Source of the DNA: Acidimicrobiia bacterium
GTDB lineage: Bacteria; Actinomycetota; Acidimicrobiia; Acidimicrobiales; JANYDT01
Reading direction: 5' to 3'
NCBI GenBank assembly: GCA_031418035.1
Contig: JANOWU010000287.1
Span: 11,583 to 75,582 of the forward strand
Length of the DNA: 64,000 nt
Shown piece after piece: positions 45,279 through 54,645 of this stretch. Positions within the stretch are counted from its first letter, which is position 1. Each line of letters starts with the position of its first letter. The notes under the pieces are model-generated. The model saw only the letters and a program-made list of their open reading frames with translations. It had not been told where the DNA came from and ran no database searches. A program made the position numbers and the translations under genes.

Positions 45279-45364
45279 GGGACACGAGCGAGCGGCGTCG
45301 ACCGAGCGCCGTGAACGCTGCGGTTATCGACTGAGCGACATCGACTGAGCGCTGCGGTTCTTCG

Positions 45365-45877
45365 CTACGCCGACAACGCGTCGAACTGACCGCCGAGGTA
45401 CGGCGCCCAGTCGGGAGCGACGTTCCCAACGGCGACGAGCACCCACGTGAGCGAGTGGGGAGCCTGGGGTCGGCGCCGCAAGATGAGGTTCGTCTGATCC
45501 AGCATCTTGTCGCCTTTGCGGGCGTTGCACGGCTGGCACGACGCCACAACGTTCTCCCACACGTGTTGCCCTCCGCGCGAACGCGGCACAACGTGGTCGA
45601 TGTTTTCGGCAGCCGCGGCACAGTACTGACAGCGGTTGTGGTCTCGTGCGAACACCGCTCGGCGATTCAGCGGAACACGCGTGCGGAAAGGTACGCGTAC
45701 GTACTGCACCAACCGGATCACCGACGGGGTTTCGAACGCGGTTCGCTCCGATCGAAACTGGCGATCGGAGGCAGCGACGACTTCGGCCTTACGGTTCAAC
45801 ACCAACACGATGGCCCGACGGACAGGCACGACGCACAGCGGTTCGAACGATGCGTTCAAGACGAGTGCGCCTGCCAT
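45365..45877 (-). CDS. HNH endonuclease-domain protein
   Basis: RDHNRCQYC...IDHVVPRSRGG...WENVVASCQPCNARK is an HNH motif with zinc-binding Cys pairs. It is small (170 aa) and stand-alone. Confidence 0.85.
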   Translation of the reverse strand: MAGALVLNASFEPLCVVPVRRAIVLVLNRKAEVVAASDRQFRSERTAFETPSVIRLVQYVRVPFRTRVPLNRRAVFARDHNRCQYCAAAAENIDHVVPRSRGGQHVWENVVASCQPCNARKGDKMLDQTNLILRRRPQAPHSLTWVLVAVGNVAPDWAPYLGGQFDALSA

Positions 45878-45886
45878 ATCCAGAAC

Positions 45887-46141
45887 CTACTCGACGACCT
45901 GTCGGAAACGGCCCGCCCATTTCAGCCAATCAACGATTTCTTCCCCGGAAATTTCCGATCCGAGCCCTCCGGATGCTGTTTGGGCACGAAACCGTAGATA
46001 GTCGAGCGGCACCAACCTGGCCTCCGACGCGCCGCGCTGCCCGACCATCCGGCGCAGGGCCCGAAGCGACTCGGGCCACAGGCGCGGGCGGGTAGCGACA
46101 GAGCGAAGCGCTCGAAATCCAAGGAGTTTCGGCTCTGCCAT
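45887..46141 (-). CDS. Hypothetical small protein (weak call)
   Basis: ATG at 46141 (MAEPKLLGFRAL...), 84 codons, lying between the acyl-CoA dehydrogenase and HNH genes on the same strand. Third-position G+C is about two thirds by my hand count, which is only moderately gene-like. No recognisable motif. Confidence 0.3.
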   Translation of the reverse strand: MAEPKLLGFRALRSVATRPRLWPESLRALRRMVGQRGASEARLVPLDYLRFRAQTASGGLGSEISGEEIVDWLKWAGRFRQVVE

Positions 46142-46146
46142 TCGGG

Positions 46147-47385
46147 CTATTTCTTTGCGTTCCACGGCCCGGCGTCGGCACGCGGTTCTTTGGGAAGTCC
46201 GAGGACTTGCTCGCCGATGATGTTGCGCTGCACTTCACTTGAACCGGCGTAGATCGTGCCGGCCCGAGCGTTGAGGAAGGTCCCGACCCACGATGCGGTG
46301 CTGTTGGGCGCTGCAGAATCGTCGACCTGGAACGCTGACGACGGCGCACGGCCCGACGGAACCATGGCGTGCGCCCCCAGGATGTCGAGTGCAAGCTCGG
46401 TTTCACATTTGTGGAACTCCGACCAGTACAGCTTGCCGATGGCGGCGTCGGGGCCCGGGTGGTGTCCGTGAAGGAACTTCGTGAGCACGCGCTTGCCGTT
46501 GAAATCCATGATGCGAACCTTCGAATAGGTCCACGCCAGCCGTTGGCGCATCTTGGCATCGTCGGTGACGCCGTAGTCCCGGGCAAGGGCGATCAGACGA
46601 TCCCAGTCGGCCATGTACCGAATCGGGAGCGTTGCCGCTGCTTCGCCACGTTCGAATCCAAGCAGGGTCATGGCGACGGCCCAACCGTTGTTCACCCCGC
46701 TGACCACGTTTTCCTTCGGAACCCGTGCGTCGGTGAAAAACACCTCGTTGAACTCGCTCTGTCCAGAAATCATCTTGATCGGGCGAACCTCGACCCCTGG
46801 CTGGCGCATGTCGCACAGCAGGAACGAGATTCCTTTGTGCTTCGGCGCTTCTGGATCCGTGCGACAAAGCACGAAGATGTGGTCGGCGAGGTGCCCGGCC
46901 GACGTCCAGATCTTTTGACCGTTCACCACCCATTCGTCGCCGTCGAGAACGGCCCTGGTCCCGAGGTTGCCCAGGTCAGAACCAGCATCGGGTTCGGAAT
47001 ACCCCTGACACCAGGTGTCTTCCCCCGAAAGGATCCGTGGCAGGTAGTGCTTCTTCTGCTCCTCGGTTCCCATCTGGAGGATCGTGTTTCCGAGCATGCC
47101 GATGCCGAATCCGTCGTTGGGGCCGCCCTCGGGGACGCCGGCACGACAGAACTCCTCGGCCACGATGACCTGTTCCAACGCGGAAAGTCCGGCCCCGCCA
47201 TACGCCTTGGGCCAGTTCGGGGCCAGATACCCGTGTTCGTAGAGCGTTGTACGCCACGACGCCACAAACGAGTCGAGTTCGTCGCCTTCGATGGTTCCAA
47301 CCCCTCGAAATCCGGCGGGCAGACTGTTCGCAAGAAAGGAACGAACTTTCGTTCGGAACTCGGCCGCTTCTGGGGGATATGCCAT
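46147..47385 (-). CDS. Acyl-CoA dehydrogenase
   Basis: WCQGYSEPDAGSDL and the C-terminal IYAGSSEVQRNIIGEQVLGLP. I chose the ATG at 47385 (MAYPPEAAEF...), which has GAGGG about 8 nt upstream. The ORF-track start is 47463. Confidence 0.9.
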   Translation of the reverse strand: MAYPPEAAEFRTKVRSFLANSLPAGFRGVGTIEGDELDSFVASWRTTLYEHGYLAPNWPKAYGGAGLSALEQVIVAEEFCRAGVPEGGPNDGFGIGMLGNTILQMGTEEQKKHYLPRILSGEDTWCQGYSEPDAGSDLGNLGTRAVLDGDEWVVNGQKIWTSAGHLADHIFVLCRTDPEAPKHKGISFLLCDMRQPGVEVRPIKMISGQSEFNEVFFTDARVPKENVVSGVNNGWAVAMTLLGFERGEAAATLPIRYMADWDRLIALARDYGVTDDAKMRQRLAWTYSKVRIMDFNGKRVLTKFLHGHHPGPDAAIGKLYWSEFHKCETELALDILGAHAMVPSGRAPSSAFQVDDSAAPNSTASWVGTFLNARAGTIYAGSSEVQRNIIGEQVLGLPKEPRADAGPWNAKK

Positions 47386-47512
47386 CTCCATGACCCTCAT
47401 TCTTGCCGATGTCTTGCCTAAGTTGAGGAATCGGCCTCGGGAAGAGGCCTCGCCTCTCAGCAACCGTCGTCGACGCGCCCGAAAGTTGATCCGACTCGCC
47501 TACCCTTAGGGA

Positions 47513-48568
47513 GTGGGCAATCACGCAGTTGGCGGCCCGAGAACAGACCGAGACAGTGTTGGAGGCGGTGTGAACGATCGAAGCGAGGTGGGCGCGTCCG
47601 ACCGAACGCGGGTTGGAGTCGATGGCGCGGCGCCGCTCTTGGCCGCGCTCATCGCCGAGATCGCGACTGCGCTCGAAGGGAAGGCCGACGTCATCGAGAC
47701 AGCCGTCCTCTGTGTGTTGGCCGAAGGTCACCTCCTGCTCGACGATGTGCCCGGCGTCGGGAAAACCCTCCTTGCGAAGTCGATCGCTGCGACCATCGGC
47801 GGAATTGCGTTGCGAGTGCAGTTCACACCGGACCTCCTACCAGCGGACATCACCGGTGTTTCGATCTGGCAGCCTTCGAAGGAAACGTTCTCGTTTCGAC
47901 CAGGCCCGATCTTTTCCAACATCGTGGTCTGCGACGAGCTCAATCGCGGTCCCGCGAAAACGCAGTCGGCACTCCTCGAGGCGATGGAGGAACGCGCCGT
48001 CACCGTCGACGGGAACACGTACCGCCTTGCTCGGCCGTTCATGGTGATCGCCACGCAGAACCCGTTCGAACAAGACGGTACGCACAACCTGCCGGAGAGT
48101 CAGATCGACCGCTTCTTGATGCGCACCGCAATCGGCTATCCCAGCCGGACATCGGAAATCTCCCTGTTGCAGGGTGGCGGCGCCGAGTACACCCTTCCCA
48201 AGCTCCGACAGATCGTGTCTCCCGCCGACATGACTGCGCTGACCGAGCTGTGCGCATCGATCTACGTTGCTCCTGCGTTGATCGGCTACATCGCCGACCT
48301 GGTTCGGGCGACCCGTGAACACTCAGGTGCCGCGCTCGGGGCATCGCCCCGCGGAGCGCTCGCGCTCCTTCGAGCAAGCCGGGCACTTGCACTACTACGT
48401 GCACGTAGTTTCGCGACTCCGGATGACGTGCGCGACGTTGCACACCGCGTCCTGGACCACCGGGTCCTGGTGCGGGGATCGTCACGATGGAGTCGACCCG
48501 CTTCCGCCGCGGTCGTGACCGACGCCCTCCAAACCGTCGGTGTGCCCGGAACCCGCGCCGGGGCATGA
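47513..48568 (+). CDS. MoxR-family AAA+ ATPase
   Basis: Walker A DVPGVGKTLLAKS, Walker B VVCDELNRGPAKTQSALLEAMEE, and ATQNPFEQDGTHNLPESQIDRF. Confidence 0.9.
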   Translation: MGNHAVGGPRTDRDSVGGGVNDRSEVGASDRTRVGVDGAAPLLAALIAEIATALEGKADVIETAVLCVLAEGHLLLDDVPGVGKTLLAKSIAATIGGIALRVQFTPDLLPADITGVSIWQPSKETFSFRPGPIFSNIVVCDELNRGPAKTQSALLEAMEERAVTVDGNTYRLARPFMVIATQNPFEQDGTHNLPESQIDRFLMRTAIGYPSRTSEISLLQGGGAEYTLPKLRQIVSPADMTALTELCASIYVAPALIGYIADLVRATREHSGAALGASPRGALALLRASRALALLRARSFATPDDVRDVAHRVLDHRVLVRGSSRWSRPASAAVVTDALQTVGVPGTRAGA

Positions 48569-49811
48569 GGCGAACCCCACGTTCATCGGGCATGAATCGA
48601 GTTTCGTAGTGCGCCTCACCGTCATCCCGACCCCGAAAGCCGTGTTACTCGCCCTCGCCGCAGCCGGGTCGGCGTGGGCCGGGGCGCTGCTCGGCGTCTT
48701 TGCATTGTTCGCGTTCGCCGTCGGAATCGCCACGCTGTTGGTGCTCGGCCTGCTCAGCGTGTTTGCCGGTGGGGCCCGCAGTTGGAAGATCGCACGAGTC
48801 TTGACCCCGGCCATGCCACAGGTGGGTGATTCGGTCTCCGTGGAGATCACCGCTGCGCCGAACCGGCTCCTGGCACCCACCTTGGCGTTGTTCGAGCCAA
48901 CGCCGTGGGGGACGCGTCGTCTGGGCCTTTCGTCGACTGTGGCAACGAAGGAGCCATTGCGGGTCGGCTGGAACCTCACACCAACAATGCGCGGGCTCTT
49001 GCGGGCCGGACCGGGGTTGCTGTTTCGACACGACCTCTTCTCACTGTTTCGCAGACGCATTGCCGATCTTCCCGCCACCGAGATCACCGTTCTTCCTCGA
49101 ACCGTTCGCTTCGAGCCGGAACACCTCCTACGAATGATGGGAATACAAGCAGTTGGACCGGCCGAGAGCTCCGAGTTGCACGATATGCGCACATATGTAC
49201 CGGGCGACGACCCCCGACGGGTGAACTGGAAAGCCAGTGCACGAACAATGAGCTCCGGGACCCTCATCGTTGCCGACAATCGGTCCTACGGTGGTCGCTC
49301 TGAAGTACGTGTCCAACTCGATGTAGACAGCCTGGCGCCCACCGACGTAGGCGATGACTACGAGTCAACTGACAGTCGCGAGCTGGCGATCAGCGTCGCC
49401 GCCAGCATCGTCGCCGAACTTGCGACAGTCAGCCACGAGGGCGTCGGTCGCCCAGGAACACAGTGCATTCTGGAGATCTACGAGCAATCGCAGCTCCTCC
49501 ATCGAAGCGACGATGCTCAGCAAAATGTTGTCGCGCTTGCCCTGCTCGAATCCTTGGAGCGTCCGGCAACGACCAACGCCCTGGTTGGCAACGTATCGAC
49601 ACTCGATGGGGTGCCGTCCAACGCCACGATCCTGATCACCGGATCGAAAAGCATTCGCACGGCAGCGCTCACGTTTCGATGCATGTCGGTCACCGAAGCA
49701 TCGCCTTCTACCAACGCTGCACGCAACGGCAGCGACCCCTCGAGCATGCTGCGGGGGGTCACCGAGATCTCCGTGCTCGACGACCTCCCGAGAATCGTGG
49801 CAGACCTATGA
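48540..49811 (+). CDS. DUF58-domain protein (vWA-like partner of MoxR)
   Basis: N-terminal TM helices and DMRTYVPGDDPRRVNWKASAR, the DUF58 signature. The start is uncertain: an alternative GTG lies at 48609. Confidence 0.8.
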   Translation: MCPEPAPGHEANPTFIGHESSFVVRLTVIPTPKAVLLALAAAGSAWAGALLGVFALFAFAVGIATLLVLGLLSVFAGGARSWKIARVLTPAMPQVGDSVSVEITAAPNRLLAPTLALFEPTPWGTRRLGLSSTVATKEPLRVGWNLTPTMRGLLRAGPGLLFRHDLFSLFRRRIADLPATEITVLPRTVRFEPEHLLRMMGIQAVGPAESSELHDMRTYVPGDDPRRVNWKASARTMSSGTLIVADNRSYGGRSEVRVQLDVDSLAPTDVGDDYESTDSRELAISVAASIVAELATVSHEGVGRPGTQCILEIYEQSQLLHRSDDAQQNVVALALLESLERPATTNALVGNVSTLDGVPSNATILITGSKSIRTAALTFRCMSVTEASPSTNAARNGSDPSSMLRGVTEISVLDDLPRIVADL

Positions 49812-52183
49812 GTTCACAGGATTCGATAACACAGCGAATCAACATACAGAGCACACTTACTTTTCTCGCCACGACCATGATTTCGTGGCAGCCGGTGCGC
49901 GAGGTATTCGTCGAGTCACCCGAACGAAACGCGCTCCTGCAACGGCTGTTCTGGCTCACACTGTTGCTGGCCAGCGGCGGGGCCGCCTTTCGAGCGCTCA
50001 AGATCCACTGGGCGTTTTTTCCCCTGTTGGCCATCGGGGTCGTCATGTGGACCCTCCGGAACATGGCTACAACTGATGCGGCGAATGCCTTGGCGTCGGG
50101 AGATCCGCCTGTCGCAACCGATCAATCCTGGTACAACTACTCACTGGCGTCGGCCCGCGACGCCCTCGCGAACGTGGATCGAATCAAGTCCCCCGCCGTC
50201 GCAGTGTTCGGCTTTTCGGCGATCGCTCTGGTACTCATTGCCCTTTTGCTCATCGTGTCGCACATCCTCACGTTCGAGGTCCAGGGCGTTTTCGAGTCGC
50301 TCATCCCCCCGGCCGCCGTTTTGGCCGTGAGCAGTGCACTGGCCCCGGGGCAGGGAGGGTCCGGTTCATCGCGGGTCTGGGCAGTGGCGTTTGTCCTCGC
50401 GGCGGGAGCGCACGTCATTGCCGACGCCGACCGCAAGCGACGTCGAAGGACCCGCTGGCTGAACTCGCAAAGACCCCACGGACTGCGCTCCATTGCCGCG
50501 CTCGCCGGCTTCGCCGTGATTCTTGTGGGGTTGACGTCGACACTCTCGTCGCAGCTCGGCGACGGTCCGCTCAACCGGCGCGTCGACTGGCGTTCAGGCC
50601 TTCCGAAGGTTCGACAACTGGACAGCCCGACCATCTCGCTGCGCAAGCGTCTCGTCGATCTGGCAAGCACCCCGATGTTTCACGTCGATTCCCGCGACGA
50701 CACCGGTCAACCGGTGGCCACCTACTGGCGTCAGGCGGCGCTCGACCGTTTCGACGGAACGTCCTGGTCGCAGTCGGCGCGCAAGTACACCCGACTCGAA
50801 CAGGGCAACGACGTCCCCAACGATCAGCCCACAGCGTCGGCCGGAGTCGTCATCCGCCAACGAGTCACCATCGACGGGCTCGTCGATGCATGGCTGCCCT
50901 CGGCATTTCAGCCGATTCGCCTGGTGAAGGCACCCCTCGGTGCCCGCGTCAGCGTCGACCCGACGACGGCGAGCCTGATCCTCAGTAGCAAGACCACACG
51001 CGAACTCACCTACGAGGTCGACGCGATCGTGCCAACCGTGCCCCTATCTTCACCTCCGCGAGCCACCGACGAGCTCTCGACCGACATGACGGCAATTCCC
51101 GACGACGTCTCCCCCGAGGTTCGAGCGCTCGCCCGGAAGATCACGGCACCGGCAGGCAACGACGTCGTCGGCCAGGCCCGTCTTCTCGAGAGTTTTTTCC
51201 AACAGAACTTCACGTACTCGACGGACAAGACGTGGTCCGGCGACAATCCCCTCGACAACTTCGTATTGACCGATCGCACCGGATACTGCGAGCAATTTGC
51301 CGGGTCCTTCGCGGCGATGGCCCGATCCGTCGGCATCCCGGCCCGCGTGGCCGTAGGGTTCACCGCCGGAAAGGCTCAGGCCGACGGTTCGTTCGTCGTC
51401 ACCGGCGAAAATGCTCACGCCTGGCCCGAAGTCCTTCTTGCCGACGCCGGCTGGATACCGTTCGAACCAACACCGGGGCGCGGGTTCTCCGGACCGGAGG
51501 ACATAACGACCCCGGAAGCCGCCGTGGCGCCCACCACGACACCGGCTACACCCACGACGGTGCCGATCATCGAGCCTCTCATCCCGGTCGAGCCTGAGAA
51601 GCCTCAGGATCGCCGCTGGCTCACGGCCGCGGTCGTCGGTGTGCTCCTCGCAACGGCAGGACTCGCACTGTGGTTCCTACGGCCTGCTCGAGCCAAGCTT
51701 CGACAACGAGAACGCCATCGACGAACCCTTCTCGCCGGAGTCCCGGGCGAACGGGTGGAACTCGAGTGGGCGTGGTGGCAGTTGCTCGAATCTTTGGACG
51801 AACGAGCGGCCGGTCCCGTATCCGGTCCCGCACCTCGTTCCGGCGGGGAAACCTCCGCGGCACTGCCAGCTCCCACTGCACTCCCTGCACTCCCTGCATC
51901 CAGTGCACCCGCGGCCGCCGTTGCGCCTGGCTCGGAAACATCGCTGACCGCTGCGCCCACCCCACGAGAGGCGTGTCGGCGAGCTCAACGACATCTTCGC
52001 CCGCACGAGCTCGCAACCATGGTTCGAATTGCCGACGTGGTGACCGCAGCCCGATTCGCGCCGCCCGGGACCGTGGGTGCCGCCGCCCTGGCCACTGCCA
52101 CGTCGGATGCTCACGCCCTTGAAGAGACCCTGCTCACACCGCCTGCAGCTGCGGGAAGTGCATCCCTCGCGAGTTCCCGCTAG
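49808..52183 (+). CDS. Transglutaminase-domain membrane protein (TgpA-like)
   Basis: Start at ATG 49808, an ATGA overlap with the DUF58 stop. N-terminal multi-TM region. The transglutaminase core is GYCEQFAGSFAAMARSVGIPARV (Cys), AHAWPEV (His) and WIPFEPTPG. A further TM helix and an Ala/Pro-rich tail follow. Confidence 0.85.
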   Translation: MSSQDSITQRINIQSTLTFLATTMISWQPVREVFVESPERNALLQRLFWLTLLLASGGAAFRALKIHWAFFPLLAIGVVMWTLRNMATTDAANALASGDPPVATDQSWYNYSLASARDALANVDRIKSPAVAVFGFSAIALVLIALLLIVSHILTFEVQGVFESLIPPAAVLAVSSALAPGQGGSGSSRVWAVAFVLAAGAHVIADADRKRRRRTRWLNSQRPHGLRSIAALAGFAVILVGLTSTLSSQLGDGPLNRRVDWRSGLPKVRQLDSPTISLRKRLVDLASTPMFHVDSRDDTGQPVATYWRQAALDRFDGTSWSQSARKYTRLEQGNDVPNDQPTASAGVVIRQRVTIDGLVDAWLPSAFQPIRLVKAPLGARVSVDPTTASLILSSKTTRELTYEVDAIVPTVPLSSPPRATDELSTDMTAIPDDVSPEVRALARKITAPAGNDVVGQARLLESFFQQNFTYSTDKTWSGDNPLDNFVLTDRTGYCEQFAGSFAAMARSVGIPARVAVGFTAGKAQADGSFVVTGENAHAWPEVLLADAGWIPFEPTPGRGFSGPEDITTPEAAVAPTTTPATPTTVPIIEPLIPVEPEKPQDRRWLTAAVVGVLLATAGLALWFLRPARAKLRQRERHRRTLLAGVPGERVELEWAWWQLLESLDERAAGPVSGPAPRSGGETSAALPAPTALPALPASSAPAAAVAPGSETSLTAAPTPREACRRAQRHLRPHELATMVRIADVVTAARFAPPGTVGAAALATATSDAHALEETLLTPPAAAGSASLASSR

Positions 52184-52324
52184 CTCCTCGGCGAAGCACC
52201 AAAGTTCGTTTCGTTCGCCGAATCTCGCCGTATCTCGCGGCTCTAGCCGGAGCTGGTAAGTCCGGGACCGGCGCAGAGGTACGCGGGAATACTCAGTACT
52301 ACCGCCCGCGATACGCGGTGATGC

Positions 52325-52660
52325 TCAGTAATACCGGACGTGATCGGAATCGTCGACCACACGTGATGCGACGGCCCGAACCAGCGGCAGCAGGGCAAAG
52401 ACGAGCGCAACAAAACCGACGACGCCAACCGCAACGTGGATGGCGAATCCCACCACGGTGATCAACAGGCAACTCAGTGCGGCGAACACGGGAAACCCCA
52501 GCGACGGCGGTCGTTCGGACGATCTACCCCGGATCCGACTCGCCACGTGGTCCGAGGCCAACTGAGCCTCGAGTTCGGCTAAAACTCGCTCTTCCTCGTC
52601 TGACAACGGCACCCCTTCATCATCGCATAACTCGGCGGCGAAGTGCGAGGGCGTTCGCAA
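52325..52660 (-). CDS. DUF3040-family membrane protein
   Basis: PLSDEEERVLAELEAQLASD followed by two TM helices. The real start is probably internal: TTG giving (M)SDEEERVL with GAAGGGG 5 nt upstream, or GTG at 52612. Confidence 0.7.
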   Translation of the reverse strand: MRTPSHFAAELCDDEGVPLSDEEERVLAELEAQLASDHVASRIRGRSSERPPSLGFPVFAALSCLLITVVGFAIHVAVGVVGFVALVFALLPLVRAVASRVVDDSDHVRYY

Positions 52661-52675
52661 CGATCTCGAAGATCC

Positions 52676-54145
52676 TCAGGTTTGCTCGTCTTCGGCGACG
52701 TTTGGTCCCCACTGGGTATCACCGGCCACCTTCACCCGAAGTCGTTTCGAGCCGGCCAACGCCGCCGAGCCCACGGCCTGTTGCCCGAATCGGGCCCGGA
52801 TTGCGTCGACGGTACCGGCGAGGGCGACGTCGGCCGCGGTCTCCTCGGTGACCTCGACGCTGCGACCTGCGCCGATGGAGGAACCGGGGTCGGCAAAGAG
52901 GTCCAGCTGCTGACCCGAGGCGACGGTTTCGCGATAGCCGTGCTGCCGCCCGGGCTCCCGTCCGCGGTCGGACGTCTCCTCGTCGGACGAGGCGTCGAAG
53001 GACTGCCGACTCGACAAATTCGACATGGATACGCCCAGGAGACGGATGCCCTGCGTCGCCACCTCCTCGACGATATCGGCCACCTGCAACAGGGCACGGG
53101 CCGTCTCGAACAGCGGCCGAGCCGTGTCGATGGGCTGGGGCAACGTACGCGAGCGGGTCAGCAGGCGGAAGTCGGGGGTTTTCAGTTTCAGTTGCACGGT
53201 CCGCCCCCGCACCCCGGCCTGGCGCATCCGCGACGACACGGCGTCGCTCATCCGAAGCAGTTCCGTTTCGAGGAACGCCATCTCGAAATGGTCGGTTGAA
53301 AACGTTTCTTCGTGCCCGATCGATTTGGCTGCCCGATCGGATTCCACCGGACGGTCGTCGATCCCGTTGGCCAGTTCTGACAGGTGGCGTCCCGCGGAGT
53401 CACCCAGCGCACGGATCAGCGTTCCGCTTGGTATCGCGGCGAGGTCGCCGATCGTTACGACACCAAATCGTTGCAGCCGTTCGAAGGTTTTCGGACCGAC
53501 CCCCCACAGTGCGCGTACCGGGAGCTGCGACAGGAAGACAAGCTCGTGGCCGGAAAGAACCTCCAGTATTCCCGGCTCGGGACGCGATGTGCCCGGGAGA
53601 AGGCTCTCGGCAATCAGTGGCGGCGGTGCAGCCTGGCGATCGACTGAGCCTGTCTGGATCGGCGGCTTGGCTTGTTTCGATGCCAGCTTGGCAAGGAGTT
53701 TGTTGTGGGCGACCCCGACTGAACAGGTCAACTTCGTGTGTTCGAACACGGCATTGCGAATGGCGCGCGCTGCCTCGGGACCCGGCCCGAACAGACGCTG
53801 GGCGCCCGTGAGATCGAGGAAGGCCTCATCGAGGGCAATCGGTTCGATGTGCGGCGTGAAGGAGCGGAACACCTCGTGAATTCGTTCGCTGTACTCGCCG
53901 TACAGGCCATGGTTTCCCCGAAGAAATATCGCGTGCGGACACAGCCGCTTTGCGTGCGTCGACGCCATCGCCGAACGAACACCGAACGCCCGAGCTTCGT
54001 AGCTGCAGCTTGCGACAACACCCCGTGCGCCGTCCCCACCGACGATGACCGCCTTTCCTTTCAGGGAAGGGTCGAGCAGTGTTTCCACGGCGACATAGAA
54101 CGCGTCCATGTCGACATGCAGGATCACTCGACGTTGCGGTGTCAT
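52676..54145 (-). CDS. dinB: DNA polymerase IV (Y-family)
   Basis: ILHVDMDAFYVAVE, SCSYEARAFGV and ALDEAFLDLTG. The C-terminal extension contains QQLDLF, a beta-clamp-binding consensus, at 52895..52909. I set the start at ATG 54145, an ATGA overlap with the NUDIX gene stop. Confidence 0.92.
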   Translation of the reverse strand: MTPQRRVILHVDMDAFYVAVETLLDPSLKGKAVIVGGDGARGVVASCSYEARAFGVRSAMASTHAKRLCPHAIFLRGNHGLYGEYSERIHEVFRSFTPHIEPIALDEAFLDLTGAQRLFGPGPEAARAIRNAVFEHTKLTCSVGVAHNKLLAKLASKQAKPPIQTGSVDRQAAPPPLIAESLLPGTSRPEPGILEVLSGHELVFLSQLPVRALWGVGPKTFERLQRFGVVTIGDLAAIPSGTLIRALGDSAGRHLSELANGIDDRPVESDRAAKSIGHEETFSTDHFEMAFLETELLRMSDAVSSRMRQAGVRGRTVQLKLKTPDFRLLTRSRTLPQPIDTARPLFETARALLQVADIVEEVATQGIRLLGVSMSNLSSRQSFDASSDEETSDRGREPGRQHGYRETVASGQQLDLFADPGSSIGAGRSVEVTEETAADVALAGTVDAIRARFGQQAVGSAALAGSKRLRVKVAGDTQWGPNVAEDEQT

Positions 54146-54645
54146 TCCAGGCGCAGGACCGATGCGGTTACGCGATCCGCCCCGTCGAGCTGGTAGCGAA
54201 ACTGCTGGGGCAGCGTCCACCGATCGGTCATCCACGACAGCATGGGTTCGCGGACCCAGCGAGAGGTGGTGTCGAGGTAGGTCGCGACGACGTGATGCTC
54301 ACAGAATTGGGCCCCGATGACGATGCCGTCGGGGTCGTCACCGACTCGCAGTTCGCCGGTCCATTCGAGGGCCTGATGGACGACGACGTCGAGGTGCCAG
54401 CCCATATCGGGCGCGATGGTGGTCACGTGATAGAGCGGTTCGCTCCATGCCCCGACCGCAAGCCCCGTTTCTTCCAGGACTTCGCGGCTCAGACCGGCGA
54501 GCGCGTTCTCGCCCTCCTCGACCACGCCGCCCGGCGTCGACCAGTCCGTCGTTCCGTTTCGGCGCAGGTTCTCGACGAGCAAGATGCGTGACTCCGCTTC
54601 GATAATTCCACCTGCCACAGTCCAGTGTCGAAGCTTTGCCACCAC
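54142..54645 (-). CDS. NUDIX hydrolase
   Basis: Nudix box GGVVEEGENALAGLSREVLEETGL (GX5EX7REUXEEXGU). GTG start at 54645 or at a nearby GTG. Confidence 0.85.
   Translation of the reverse strand: MVAKLRHWTVAGGIIEAESRILLVENLRRNGTTDWSTPGGVVEEGENALAGLSREVLEETGLAVGAWSEPLYHVTTIAPDMGWHLDVVVHQALEWTGELRVGDDPDGIVIGAQFCEHHVVATYLDTTSRWVREPMLSWMTDRWTLPQQFRYQLDGADRVTASVLRLE

Noticed and set aside
45365-45877. HNH gene as part of a restriction-modification or defence island, or a mobile intron/intein
   Set aside because: There is no methyltransferase, specificity subunit, helicase/ATPase partner, integrase or repeat boundary nearby. The neighbours are ordinary metabolic genes.
52282-52336. Imperfect 17-nt direct repeat (AATACTCAGTACTACCG / GATGCTCAGTAATACCG) and a CGCGGG...CCCGCG inverted repeat at the 3' end of the DUF3040 gene
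   Set aside because: The second copy is simply the last codons plus stop of the gene, and the first looks like a local duplication scar. The stem has a 17-nt loop and no U-tract, so I do not call it a terminator.
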